From contig NZ_JAGLCD010000004.1 of assembly GCF_023146395.1 (NCBI RefSeq), positions 194,718 through 258,717 on the forward strand: 64,000 nt of DNA. Reading direction: 5' to 3'. Both the position numbers and the translations under genes were made by a program. Numbering within the stretch: the stretch's first letter is position 1; every line of letters begins with the position of its first letter. Source of the DNA: Aeromicrobium sp. (GTDB lineage: Bacteria > Actinomycetota > Actinomycetes > Propionibacteriales > Nocardioidaceae). Under the pieces are notes generated by a model that saw only the letters and a program-made list of their open reading frames with translations, searched no databases and was not told the DNA's origin. Shown piece after piece: positions 16,980 to 26,603 of the stretch.

Positions 16980-19580
16980 TCAGTTCGCCACAGGACGCAG
17001 GCGCACGAGGCGTTCCAGATCGGCGTCGCTCAGCTCGGTGAGCGCGCCCTCGCCGGCATTGACCACGGCATCGGCCAGGGCACGCTTACCCGTGATGAGC
17101 TCGGCGATCGACTCCTCGATCGTGCCCTCGGTGACGATGCGGTGCACGTGCACCGCCCGGGTCTGCCCGATGCGGTGGGCGCGGTCGGTGGCCTGGTCCT
17201 CGACGGCCGGGTTCCACCAGCGATCGAAGTGCACGACGTGGTCGGCCCGCGTGAGGTTGAGGCCCGTGCCTGCGGCCTTGAGCGACAGCACGAAGACGTC
17301 GAACTCGCCCGCCTGGAACTCCCGCACCATCCGCTCGCGCTGTCGGATCCCGGTGCCGCCGTGAAGGAACCGGTGCGCGATGCCGCGGTCGGCGAGGTGC
17401 CGGGTGAGCAGGTGACCCATCTGCGTGTACTGCGTGAACACGAGGATCGTGCCGTCCTCGTCGAGGATGTCGGCCGTCAGGTCGGTGAAGACCTTGAGCT
17501 TGCCGGACCGTCCGTCGAGCTTGCCGTCGCCCTGGCGCAGGAAGTGGGCCGGGTGATTGCAGATCTGCTTGAGGCGGGTGAGCATCGTGACGACGAGCTG
17601 GCGGCGCTTCATGCCCTCGGCCTGCTCGATCTCGGCCATCGTGTCGCGCACCGTGGCCTCGTACAGACCGACCTGCTCACGGGTCAGGTGGGCGCGGTAG
17701 TCGGTCTCGATCTTCGGCGGCAGCTCCGGCGCGATGCCCGGGTCGGTCTTGCGCCGGCGGAGCACGAAGGGCTGGACCAGCTCGGCCAGCTCAGCGGCGC
17801 GCTGCGGCTCGCGGCCGGACTCGATCGGACGCGACCAGGCCGTGCGGAACTCCTCGACCGAACCGAGCAGGCCCGGCGTCGTCCAGTCGAGGATGGCCCA
17901 CAGCTCGCCGAGGTGGTTCTCGACCGGGGTGCCGGTGAGCGCGAGCCGGGCGAGCCCGTCGATACTGCGCAGCACGCGTGCGGCCTTGGTGCGCGGGTTC
18001 TTGACGTTCTGCGCCTCGTCGGCGACGACGAGGTCCCAGCCGATCTCGCCCAGGTCGGCGGCAGAGCTGACCATCGTGGCGTAGGTCGTGATCACGAAGC
18101 CGCCCGTGACCGTGTCGAGCGAACGGCGCGGGCCGTGGAACCGGTGCACCTCGGCGCCCGGGGCGAATCGCTTGACCTCGCGCTCCCAGTTGCCGATGAC
18201 CGACGCGGGACACACGACCAGGGTCGGCCCGTGGGGGAGTCCGAGCTCGGCGGCCTGCTCGGCGCGGTGCAGCTGCAGCGCGATCAGCATGACGGTCTTG
18301 CCCAGACCCATGTCGTCGGCGAGGCAGCCGCCGAGGCCGAGCTCGGTGAGCTGGCTCATCCAGCGCACGCCGTCGAGCTGGTAGTCGCGCAACGTGCCGG
18401 CCAGGGAGGTGGGCTGTTGCGTCGCCACCGAGCTCGGGTCGAGCGAGGAGAGGCGCCGTCGGACGTCGTCGAGCCAGCCGATCGTCTCGACCTCGGTGCG
18501 GCGTCCCTCGATGAACATCTCGCCGGTGACGACGGCGCGCAGGGCCTCGCCGGCCCGGATCTCGGTGGACTCGCCGTGCAGGGCACGCTCGATCTTGGCG
18601 CGGTCGACCATGACCCACGTGTCGCGGAGCCGCACGACCGAGCGGTGATCGCGAGCCAGCTGTTCGACCTCGGCCTGGCTCAGCACCTGGTTGCCCACCG
18701 CGACCTGCCAGTCGAAGTGGAACAGCTGGTGATGGGTGAACGCCGCCGGGCGGTCGTGCCGCGGTGAGTCGTCGGCCCGCAGCACGGCCTTGGTGTCGAG
18801 CTGGCGCACCAGCGACTCGGGCCATCTGACCTCGATGCGATTGGCCAGCAGGGTGGCCGTCAGTCGGGCGTTGCCGAGCTCGGCGACGGCGTCGGCGCTG
18901 ACCGTGACGCCGCCACGGGAGTGAGGCTCCGCGAGCCGGGCGGCAGGCTCCCACCACCGGGCCACGCGCTCGAGCATCTCGTGCGTCGGCGTGCGGGCGT
19001 CGACCACGATGGGCCGCTCGGGGCCGCTCGTGAGCTCCGAGGCGTCGAACGGCGCCGAGACCTGGGCCCGAGGGATCACCCGCAGGCGCACGACCGCCGC
19101 ATCGGTGTCGGTCGGCTGCTCCAGGAACGAGACCTCGAACGCGTAGGAGAAGTGCGTCTCGGGCTGGCGCGGCGCCACAGTGCGTGGGGTGGGGGACTGG
19201 GGGGTCGTGGCGACCGGCGGTGCGTCGACCGCGAGCGCCTCGAGGAAGCCGAACACGGCCTTCTGGCCCGTGGCCGGATCCGGGCCGATCGCAGCGCCGG
19301 CTCCCCGGAGCTGGTCGACCGAGGAGCCCGGCGGCTCGAGCAGGTGCCCGGTCGTCATCAGGCGCAGGGCGATGATCGCGGGGGTGGCCCAGGCGCGGAC
19401 CGAGGCGTGCGCCGCGACCAGGCGGATGCCTTGGCTCAGCGGGCCGACAGCGTCGAAGGCCGGCACGTGGTGCTCGCCGTCGGGGGCGTCGATCACGAAG
19501 TGCGACTTGGCCGGTTCGTCGCCGATCTCGAAGCGGACGGGATGCCGAAGCAGCGGCATCAGCTCGTCGCGGGTGGCCAT
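16980..19580 (-). CDS. SNF2-family helicase (HelZ-like)
   Basis: LRDYQ, LADDMGLGKT, DEAQNVKN, LTGTPVEN, LSLKAAGTGLNLT, WWNPAVEDQATDRAHRIGQ. Confidence 0.93.
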   Translation of the reverse strand: MATRDELMPLLRHPVRFEIGDEPAKSHFVIDAPDGEHHVPAFDAVGPLSQGIRLVAAHASVRAWATPAIIALRLMTTGHLLEPPGSSVDQLRGAGAAIGPDPATGQKAVFGFLEALAVDAPPVATTPQSPTPRTVAPRQPETHFSYAFEVSFLEQPTDTDAAVVRLRVIPRAQVSAPFDASELTSGPERPIVVDARTPTHEMLERVARWWEPAARLAEPHSRGGVTVSADAVAELGNARLTATLLANRIEVRWPESLVRQLDTKAVLRADDSPRHDRPAAFTHHQLFHFDWQVAVGNQVLSQAEVEQLARDHRSVVRLRDTWVMVDRAKIERALHGESTEIRAGEALRAVVTGEMFIEGRRTEVETIGWLDDVRRRLSSLDPSSVATQQPTSLAGTLRDYQLDGVRWMSQLTELGLGGCLADDMGLGKTVMLIALQLHRAEQAAELGLPHGPTLVVCPASVIGNWEREVKRFAPGAEVHRFHGPRRSLDTVTGGFVITTYATMVSSAADLGEIGWDLVVADEAQNVKNPRTKAARVLRSIDGLARLALTGTPVENHLGELWAILDWTTPGLLGSVEEFRTAWSRPIESGREPQRAAELAELVQPFVLRRRKTDPGIAPELPPKIETDYRAHLTREQVGLYEATVRDTMAEIEQAEGMKRRQLVVTMLTRLKQICNHPAHFLRQGDGKLDGRSGKLKVFTDLTADILDEDGTILVFTQYTQMGHLLTRHLADRGIAHRFLHGGTGIRQRERMVREFQAGEFDVFVLSLKAAGTGLNLTRADHVVHFDRWWNPAVEDQATDRAHRIGQTRAVHVHRIVTEGTIEESIAELITGKRALADAVVNAGEGALTELSDADLERLVRLRPVAN

Positions 19581-19629
19581 CCGACCATTCTGACGCACGG
19601 CTCCCAACGGCGATCGGCTGCATGGTATC

Positions 19630-19643
19630 GTTGAAGCGTCAAC
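19630..19643. promoter_or_regulatory. Inverted repeat, possible MarR-type operator
   Basis: GTTGA-AGCG-TCAAC, 25 nt upstream of the dioxygenase ATG. Confidence 0.45.
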
Positions 19644-19668
19644 TACCGCAGGTCGTCAGGAAGCCGCC

Positions 19669-20490
19669 ATGCGCCAGTACTCGATCGCCGATCTCGAGGC
19701 ACGCCTGACGCCCAGCCCGCGGATGCCGGTGCTGTTCGTCGGCCACGGCAACCCCATGCACGCCATCAGCGACAACGCGTTCACGCGCGAGTGGGCCCGA
19801 CTGGGCCAGGAGCTGCCCGAGGCGCAGGCCGTGGTGGTGGTGAGTGCGCACTGGCTCACCCCGGGCTCGACCCACATCACCGACGCCCCCCGCAACCGGG
19901 TCATCTACGACTTCGGCGGCTTCCCCGACGAGCTCTTCGCCGTGCCGTACCCGAGCGAGGGTGACCCCGCCGTCGCGCGGGTGCTGCAGCGTCAGCTGGT
20001 GGAGTACGAGGCCCAGCTCGATGCCCAGTGGGGGCTGGACCACGGCACGTGGTCGGTGCTGGTGCACCTCGCCCCTCGGCCCGCGGTGCCGATCCTGCAG
20101 ATCAGCCTCGACGCGGCGATGCCCCTGCCGGAGCTCCACGCGTTGTTCGGGCGCCTGCGGGCGCTGCGTGATCGCGGCGTGCTGTTCATCGGCAGCGGCA
20201 ACATCGTGCACGCGCTCGGTCGGGCCCGGTGGGAGCCGCAGGCGCCGGCCTGGGACTGGGCGGTGGAGTTCGACCGCGTGACGGCCGACGCCCTACGGGA
20301 GGGCCGCACGGACCTGCTGCTCGATCCGTTCGGCACGTGGGACACCGCGCGCGTCGCGGTGCCGACCGACGACCACTACCGGCCCATGGTGGCGGCGCTG
20401 TCACTGCTGCACCCGACCGAGCCCCTGTCGTTCTTCAACGAGCAGATCGACATGGGCTCGATCGGGATGCGGTCCTTCATCAGCGCCTGA
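19669..20490 (+). CDS. DODA-type extradiol ring-cleavage dioxygenase (YgiD/LigB-like)
   Basis: PVLFVGHGNPM, VSAHW, IYDFGGFP, GLDHGTW, GSGNIVH, PTDDHY. Confidence 0.9.
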   Translation: MRQYSIADLEARLTPSPRMPVLFVGHGNPMHAISDNAFTREWARLGQELPEAQAVVVVSAHWLTPGSTHITDAPRNRVIYDFGGFPDELFAVPYPSEGDPAVARVLQRQLVEYEAQLDAQWGLDHGTWSVLVHLAPRPAVPILQISLDAAMPLPELHALFGRLRALRDRGVLFIGSGNIVHALGRARWEPQAPAWDWAVEFDRVTADALREGRTDLLLDPFGTWDTARVAVPTDDHYRPMVAALSLLHPTEPLSFFNEQIDMGSIGMRSFISA

Positions 20491-20502
20491 GGGCCGACGT
20501 GC

Positions 20503-20910
20503 TCAGGCCTGCGCTGAGTCCTGGCTCTGCGGTGCCGACGCGCCCTCGGCCTCGGCCCGCTCGGCGATCTGGCGGTGAACGTCGTCCATGTCGAGGTCGC
20601 GCACGCGCTGGATCAGGTCCTCCAGCCCGGCCGCGGGAAGGGCCCCGGGCTGGGCGTAGACGAGCACGCCGTCGCGGAACGCCATGATGGTCGGGATCGA
20701 CGAGATCTGGGCGGCGCCGGCGAGCTGGGGCTCGGCCTCGGTGTCGATCTTGGCGAAGGTCACGTCGGCATGCTGCTCGCTCGCCGCCTCGTAGACGGGG
20801 GCGAACTGTCGGCACGGACCGCACCACGACGCCCACCAGTCGATGAGGGTGATGCCGTCGCCGCCGATCGCGTCGTCGATCGTGGCCTGGGTCAGGTTCA
20901 CGGTGCTCAT
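20503..20910 (-). CDS. Thioredoxin
   Basis: WASWCGPCRQFAP active site and SIPT cis-Pro motif. Confidence 0.93.
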   Translation of the reverse strand: MSTVNLTQATIDDAIGGDGITLIDWWASWCGPCRQFAPVYEAASEQHADVTFAKIDTEAEPQLAGAAQISSIPTIMAFRDGVLVYAQPGALPAAGLEDLIQRVRDLDMDDVHRQIAERAEAEGASAPQSQDSAQA

Positions 20911-20918
20911 ACAGGGGT

Positions 20919-20945
20919 CAACCGGACGGGCCCGGAGAAGATTCC
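20919..20945 (-). promoter_or_regulatory. SigH/SigR-type ECF promoter of thioredoxin
   Basis: GGAAT-N18-GTTG on the minus strand, ending 8 nt before the ATG. Confidence 0.8.
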
Positions 20946-21078
20946 AGGTGCGGGACCTCGGCTCGACCGGGTCGGCGAACACTACTGGCGCGTAGGGATG
21001 GCCTGCCGTCGAACGTGAGGGTATCCTCAGGTTTACCAGCGGCCTCGCAGCCGATCGTCCCCCTCCGAGGAGCATCCC

Positions 21079-21246
21079 ATGGACGACAGCTCATTCGACT
21101 TCGACAGCTCGGCCGTGGCTGCCGCCTCGGCCCGGTTCCCGGCTCGACGTCTGGCCCCCGCCGCAGCCCCGGCGTCCGCCGGCCTGGGCTATCTGGCGCG
21201 ACCGGGCGAGTTCGGCGAGCACGCCTGGGACGAGAGCGGTCACTGA
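21079..21246 (+). CDS. Small hypothetical protein (55 aa), not in ORF track
   Basis: GAGGAG RBS; MDDSSFDFDSSAVAAASARFPARRLAP...GLGYLARPGEFGEHAWDESGH; followed by a terminator. Confidence 0.45.
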   Translation: MDDSSFDFDSSAVAAASARFPARRLAPAAAPASAGLGYLARPGEFGEHAWDESGH

Positions 21247-21300
21247 ACCGGTCCCACCTCGAGCACCCGCAGGGCTGCTCACGCAGCGGCTCCGGGAACG

Positions 21301-21334
21301 ACGAAGCCCCCACCCGATCGGGTGGGGGCTTCGT
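21301..21334. terminator. Perfect 34-bp palindrome, terminator of cspA (bidirectional)
   Basis: ACGAAGCCCCCACCCGA|TCGGGTGGGGGCTTCGT. Confidence 0.8.
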
Positions 21335-21349
21335 GCTGCTCCGGGGAGC

Positions 21350-21553
21350 TCAGAGAACGCGCACGTTCGCAGCCTGGAGGCCCTTCGGGCCCTCCTCGAC
21401 GTCGAACTCGACCTTCTGCTCCTCGTTGAGCGTACGGAAGCCGGACGTCTGGATCGCGCTGTAGTGCGCGAAGACGTCGGCGCCGCCGTCGTCGGGGGCG
21501 ATGAAGCCGAAGCCCTTGTCAGCGTTGAACCACTTGACGGTTCCGGTGGCCAT
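21350..21553 (-). CDS. cspA: Cold-shock protein
   Basis: [18 protein letters not shown] (RNP1), VFAHYSAI (RNP2), GPKGLQA; AAGGAGA RBS. Confidence 0.97.
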   Translation of the reverse strand: MATGTVKWFNADKGFGFIAPDDGGADVFAHYSAIQTSGFRTLNEEQKVEFDVEEGPKGLQAANVRVL

Positions 21554-21938
21554 CTTGTCTCTCCTTCAGCGAGTTCCGGGCGGCGCTTCCGACCCGGTGT
21601 CGCAGCTTTCACGTTCCACCGAACCGACCGAAGGGGTGCTTCCCGAGATCGTGGCCAATCGCTCAAACCTTGCAACTGCCGAACAGCCTAGAGCACGGCT
21701 GGTGTCGAGCGGCACCCCGTTTCTGCGTGCAGAAGTGAAAGTTGGGTAACGGCTGAGGTGCGGTCAGACATAGTTCGAAAGAACTAGGTCCGTATAGTCA
21801 CTCGGCACCAAAGTCAAGACTGTCGTTTCCCCTCACGAACTCCTTAGGTTGACCAGAGTGCCGACACGCCCCACTCCGGCGTGCCGGTCGAGCGGGGCCA
21901 CCTGGACCCCGCCGTGATCCCGAGGGGGGACCGTTTTC

Positions 21939-24347
21939 GTGAAGCGACTCATCATCGCGACGACCGGTGTGGCTCTGACGGCCTCGATGGCTGCTCTGGG
22001 CTCGACGTCGGTCAGCGCAACACCGTCCGGTGGCGGCGTGCCCGTCACCACAGCAGCTGAAGGGGCCTCGGAGCCCGACCTGCCCCACCCGCTGGAGGAC
22101 AAGCGCACCGCCCTGCGGGAGCAGGCCGTGGCCGCGGTCGTCGGCGGCGACCTCCAGCCGCAGACCGTTGCGGGGTCCGAGGTCGTGCAGGTCGGCGAGG
22201 GCGCTGCGCCCCAGGACGCCGCGCTGGCCCAGAACGATGCCGCGCCGCAGGCCAAGCGCCAGGCGGCCCAGGCCAAGCCGCAGCAGGCCCAGTACGTCGA
22301 GCTCGCCCAGGAGCGTGCCGACAAGGTCTTCGTGATCCTGGCCGAGTTCGGCGACGAGCGTCATCCCGACTATCCCGACGGTGACACCGACCCGAACACC
22401 CCGGGACCAGAGAGGTTCGACGGCCCCCGGCACAACATGATCGCCGAGCCCGACCGCTCGCTCGACAACACCACGGTGTGGCAGGCCGACTACGACCGGG
22501 CGCACTACGAGAGCCTGTACTTCGGCACCGGCGAGGGTGTCGAGTCGGTCAAGACGTACTACGAGAAGCAGTCGTCGGGCCGGTACACCGTCGACGGCAC
22601 CGTCTCCGACTGGGTCAAGGTGCCCTACAACACGGCTCGCTACGGCCGTGAGGACGCCGACACCTGGCAGCTCGTGGCCGATGCGCTCGAGGCCTGGGTC
22701 GCCGACCAGAAGGTCCAGGGGAAGACCGACGCACAGATCGCGGCGACCATCGCCGAGTACGACGTCTACGACCGCTACGACTTCGACGGTGACGGGGTGT
22801 TCGACGAGCCCGACGGCTACATCGACCACTTCCAGATCGTGCACGCCGGGCCCGGCGAGGAGGATGGCGACTCCTCCTACGGCGAGGACGCGATCTGGTC
22901 GCACCGCTGGTACGCCTTCCTGACCGACGCGGGCCTGACCGGCCCGTCCGACAACAAGCTCGGCGGCACGCAGGTCGGCTCGACCGGCGTGTGGGTCGGT
23001 GACTACACGATCCAGCCCGAGAACGGTGGGCTGTCGGTCTTCGTGCACGAGTACGGCCACGACCTCGGTCTGCCCGACGCGTACGACACCTCCGGTGGAG
23101 GCGACAACAACAACGAGCACTGGACGTTGATGGCGCAGAGCCGGCTCAACGCCGAGGGGGAGCCCCTCGGCACCCGCCCGGGCGACTTCGGCGCCTGGGA
23201 GAAGCTCGAGCTCGGCTGGCTCGACTACGAGGTCGTGGCGCACGACGACACGCGCTCGCTGGACCTCGGTCCGCAGGAGTACAACTCGAACCGCCCGCAG
23301 GCCGCGGTCGTGCCCCTGCCGGACAAGGAGGTCACCACCGACAACGGCGCGCCGTTCGCGGGGGAGAAGCAGTTCTTCTCCGGGTCCGGTGACGACCTGG
23401 CGAACTCCCTGACCACCACGGTCGACCTCACGGACGCTGCGACGGCGAGCCTCGCCGGACAGGTGCGGTACGAGATCGAGGAGGGGTACGACTACCTCTA
23501 CGTGCAGGCCTCGACCGACGGCGGTGCGACGTGGACGTCGCTCGACGGCACGATCGACGGTCAGCCGATCGGCACCGACACGTCCGGTCGCCCGGGCATC
23601 GACGGCGAGCAGGTCGACTGGGCCGCGCTCGAGGTGCCGCTCGACGCCTACGCGGGGGCTCCGGTCCAGCTGCGGTTCCACTACAAGACCGACGGCGGGC
23701 TGGCCCTCGCGGGCTTCTTCGCCGACGACCTGGTGGTCAGCGCCGACGGGGAGGAGCTCTCCAGCGACGGGGCCGAGCAGGAGGGCGGTGCGTGGACCGG
23801 CGACGGCTTCAGCGCCGTGGGCGCGTCGACGACGGCCACCTTCGACCACTTCTACATCATGGGCAACCGCTCGTACGTCGACTACGACAAGTACCTGCAG
23901 ACGGGTCCGTACAACTTCGGGTTCGCCGACACCAAGCCCGACTGGGTCGAGCACTACCCGTACCAGGAGGGCCTGCTGATCTCGTACTGGGACACCTCCC
24001 AGGCCGACAACAACACGAGTCAGCATCCGGGTGAGGGTCGCAACCTGATCATCGACTCGCGCCCGCGGCCGGACATCAACCTGTGGACGGGCCTGCCGTG
24101 GCGGGCACGGATCCAGGTGTACGACGCGCCGTTCTCGAAGAAGAAGGCCGACACCTTGACGCTGCACACCAATGGCAAGGAGTCCAAGATCCGCGGCGAG
24201 GCCGCGGTGCCCACCTTCTCCGACACCGGCACGTACTTCTACGACTCGCTGCCCAACCACGGCGTCAAGCTCCCGGCCACCGGGTTCTCGGTCACCGTGA
24301 CCAAGCAGAACGGCACGAACATGACGGTGAAGTTCAACAAGAAGTAG
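21939..24347 (+). CDS. Secreted immune inhibitor A-like metalloprotease (M6)
   Basis: Signal peptide; DHFQIVHAG, IWSHRW, HEYGHDLGLPD zinc motif. Confidence 0.92.
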   Translation: MKRLIIATTGVALTASMAALGSTSVSATPSGGGVPVTTAAEGASEPDLPHPLEDKRTALREQAVAAVVGGDLQPQTVAGSEVVQVGEGAAPQDAALAQNDAAPQAKRQAAQAKPQQAQYVELAQERADKVFVILAEFGDERHPDYPDGDTDPNTPGPERFDGPRHNMIAEPDRSLDNTTVWQADYDRAHYESLYFGTGEGVESVKTYYEKQSSGRYTVDGTVSDWVKVPYNTARYGREDADTWQLVADALEAWVADQKVQGKTDAQIAATIAEYDVYDRYDFDGDGVFDEPDGYIDHFQIVHAGPGEEDGDSSYGEDAIWSHRWYAFLTDAGLTGPSDNKLGGTQVGSTGVWVGDYTIQPENGGLSVFVHEYGHDLGLPDAYDTSGGGDNNNEHWTLMAQSRLNAEGEPLGTRPGDFGAWEKLELGWLDYEVVAHDDTRSLDLGPQEYNSNRPQAAVVPLPDKEVTTDNGAPFAGEKQFFSGSGDDLANSLTTTVDLTDAATASLAGQVRYEIEEGYDYLYVQASTDGGATWTSLDGTIDGQPIGTDTSGRPGIDGEQVDWAALEVPLDAYAGAPVQLRFHYKTDGGLALAGFFADDLVVSADGEELSSDGAEQEGGAWTGDGFSAVGASTTATFDHFYIMGNRSYVDYDKYLQTGPYNFGFADTKPDWVEHYPYQEGLLISYWDTSQADNNTSQHPGEGRNLIIDSRPRPDINLWTGLPWRARIQVYDAPFSKKKADTLTLHTNGKESKIRGEAAVPTFSDTGTYFYDSLPNHGVKLPATGFSVTVTKQNGTNMTVKFNKK

Positions 24348-24361
24348 GGCAGCTGGAACGA

Positions 24362-24397
24362 CTCGGCGCCGGCCTCCTCGGGGAGGTCGGCGCCGAG
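24362..24397. terminator. Stem-loop between convergent genes
   Basis: CTCGGCGCCGGCCTCC-N4-GGAGGTCGGCGCCGAG. Confidence 0.65.
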
Positions 24398-24419
24398 CCG
24401 CGTCCTGGGCCAGAGGGGC

Positions 24420-25691
24420 TCAGCGCGTGTGGATGATCTCGTCGACGGCGCCCGCCGCGCCGCCGAACTCGTCGGCGACCTCCTCAGCGACGTCGGACTC
24501 GGTGTCGGCGCCGGGATGGTGCAGCTCGCGGTCGGCCTCGGCGAGCGTCCGGTGCGCCGAGGCGAGCACGCCGATCGCGGCGAGCACCGCGACGGCGGCG
24601 ATCGCGAACGGCACGTGCACCGAGCTGTGCTGGACGATGCGGCCCGCGGCGAACGGGGCGAGGCCACCGCCGATGAAGCGCACGAATCCGTAGGACGCCG
24701 AGGCGACCGAGCGCTCGACGGGGGAGACGGTCATGACCGCCTGGGTCGTCAGGGTGTTGTTGATCCCGATCGCGATGCCGGCGGCGATGACGCAGCAGGA
24801 CATGATCACGGCGTCGGTCGTCCAGATCGCCATGGCGGCGAGGTCGAGGGCGAACGCACCGAACGCCAGGTAGAGGGTCAGGGCCGTGCCGAGGCGGTCC
24901 TGCAGCCACGGTGCGCCGACGACCGAGAAGAAGGCCACCAGCAGGCCCCAGGCGAAGAAGACCAGGCCGAGCTGGGTGATGCCGAGTCCCATCGGGAACG
25001 GTGCATAGCCGAGCATCGTGAAGAAGCCCCAGTTGTAGAGCAGGGCCGCGATGCTCAAGGTCAGCAGCCCGCGATGGCGCAAGGCGCGCAGGGGAGCGGT
25101 GATCGACGAGCTGTGCGCGGGGCGACCGGTGTCCGGCAGTCGCCAGACGATCGCCACGAGGGCGATGCTCATGAGGACTGCGACGCCGTAGAAGGGCCCG
25201 CGCCAGCTGAGGTTGCCCAGTGCGCCACCGATCAGGGGCCCGGCCGCGATGCCGAGGCCCAGGGCCGCCTCGTAGAGGATGATCGCCCCGGCGAAACCGC
25301 CCCTCGCGCTCGAGACGATCGCCGCGAGCGACGTCGCGATGAACAGGGCGTTGCCCAGGCCCCAGCCGGCACGAAAGGCCACGATGGCCTCGATCGATCC
25401 GGAGGAGCCGGCCGCGGCAGCGAACACGATGATCAGCACGAGCCCGATCACGAGGGTGCGCTTGGCGCCGAAGCGGCTCGAGATGGCTCCGGTCACGAGC
25501 ATCGCGACCGCCGTCACGACGAGATAGCTCGTGAACAGCAGCGTCACCTGGCTCTCGGTGGCGTCGAGCTGGTCGCGCAGCGCGGGAAGGATCGGGTCGA
25601 CCAGGCCGATGCCCATGAAGGACACGACGCAGGCGAAGGCGACCGCGTAGACCGCGGCGGGCTGGGAGGTCAGGGAGGACCGCGTGGACAT
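24420..25691 (-). CDS. MFS transporter
   Basis: About 12 TM helices; SFMGIGLVDPILP, SSRFGAKR loop, GPLIGG motif C. Confidence 0.9.
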   Translation of the reverse strand: MSTRSSLTSQPAAVYAVAFACVVSFMGIGLVDPILPALRDQLDATESQVTLLFTSYLVVTAVAMLVTGAISSRFGAKRTLVIGLVLIIVFAAAAGSSGSIEAIVAFRAGWGLGNALFIATSLAAIVSSARGGFAGAIILYEAALGLGIAAGPLIGGALGNLSWRGPFYGVAVLMSIALVAIVWRLPDTGRPAHSSSITAPLRALRHRGLLTLSIAALLYNWGFFTMLGYAPFPMGLGITQLGLVFFAWGLLVAFFSVVGAPWLQDRLGTALTLYLAFGAFALDLAAMAIWTTDAVIMSCCVIAAGIAIGINNTLTTQAVMTVSPVERSVASASYGFVRFIGGGLAPFAAGRIVQHSSVHVPFAIAAVAVLAAIGVLASAHRTLAEADRELHHPGADTESDVAEEVADEFGGAAGAVDEIIHTR

Positions 25692-25714
25692 GCGACTCCT
25701 GGAAGGGGATCAAG

Positions 25715-25729
25715 GTTGCGTAACGCAAC
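25715..25729. promoter_or_regulatory. Inverted repeat upstream of MFS gene, possible MarR-type operator
   Basis: GTTGCG-TAA-CGCAAC. Confidence 0.5.
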
Positions 25730-25796
25730 TACTTAACCACGGGAAGGAACGCGTCGCACCCCCTGGCCCACAGGTCAGGGGGTGGGGTTGGTCACC

Positions 25797-26603
25797 TCAG
25801 AGGTCGTAGTCGGCCACGAGCGGGGCGTGGTCGGACCACCGCTCGGCCCAGCTGACCGCACGGTCGACGACGCAGCTGCGGGCGGACGCGCCGAGCTGTG
25901 GCGTGGCCATCTGGTAGTCGATGCGCCAGCCGGTGTCGTTGTCGAAGGCCTGCCCGCGCATCGACCACCACGTGTAGGGACCGTCGACCTCGCCGGCGAG
26001 TCGCCGGGCGACGTCGACCCAGCCGAGCTCGCCGAAGAACTGGTCGAAGTAGGCCCGCTCCTCGGGCAGGAAGCCGGCCTTCTTGACGTTGCCCTTGGCA
26101 TTGCGGATGTCGAGCGGGGTGTGCGCGACGTTGAGGTCGCCCGTGACGACCGCGTGCCCGGCGGCGTCGAGCTCGGCGAGCCGCGTGGTCATGTTCTGGA
26201 GGAACCGGTACTTCTCCTCCTGGCGCGGCGTGCCCGCCTCGCCGGAGTGGACGTAGGCCGAGACGACCGTGACGGTCGAGTCGCCGTGCGGCACGTCGGC
26301 CTCGATCCAGCGGCCGGCGTCGTCGAAGCCTTCGCCGACACCGACGCGCACGTCGGTGGCCTCCGACCGGCTGAGCACGGCCACCCCGGCCCGGCCCTTG
26401 GCGGCGGCCTCGGTGTGGGCGACGTGATAGCCGGTGTCCGCCAGCAGCTCGCGCACGATCTCGTCGGGGGCGCGCACCTCCTGCAGCGTCACGATGTCGC
26501 ACTCACGCTCGGCGAGGAACTCCTTCAGGCCGGAGCTCTGGCCGCGGTTCTTGTTCCAGGCGGCGCGGATCCCGTTGACGTTGACGGTGGCGATTCGAAG
26601 CAC
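25797..26603 (-). CDS. xthA: Exodeoxyribonuclease III / AP endonuclease
   Basis: ATVNVNGIRA, LQEVR, GDLNVAH, YTWWSMRG, GWRIDY, SDHAP; GTG start 7 nt after TACGGT. Confidence 0.92.
   Translation of the reverse strand: MLRIATVNVNGIRAAWNKNRGQSSGLKEFLAERECDIVTLQEVRAPDEIVRELLADTGYHVAHTEAAAKGRAGVAVLSRSEATDVRVGVGEGFDDAGRWIEADVPHGDSTVTVVSAYVHSGEAGTPRQEEKYRFLQNMTTRLAELDAAGHAVVTGDLNVAHTPLDIRNAKGNVKKAGFLPEERAYFDQFFGELGWVDVARRLAGEVDGPYTWWSMRGQAFDNDTGWRIDYQMATPQLGASARSCVVDRAVSWAERWSDHAPLVADYDL

Noticed and set aside
21700-21938. AT-richer region and possible structured leader or riboswitch upstream of the M6 protease
   Set aside because: No recognisable riboswitch consensus; most simply explained as divergent promoters.
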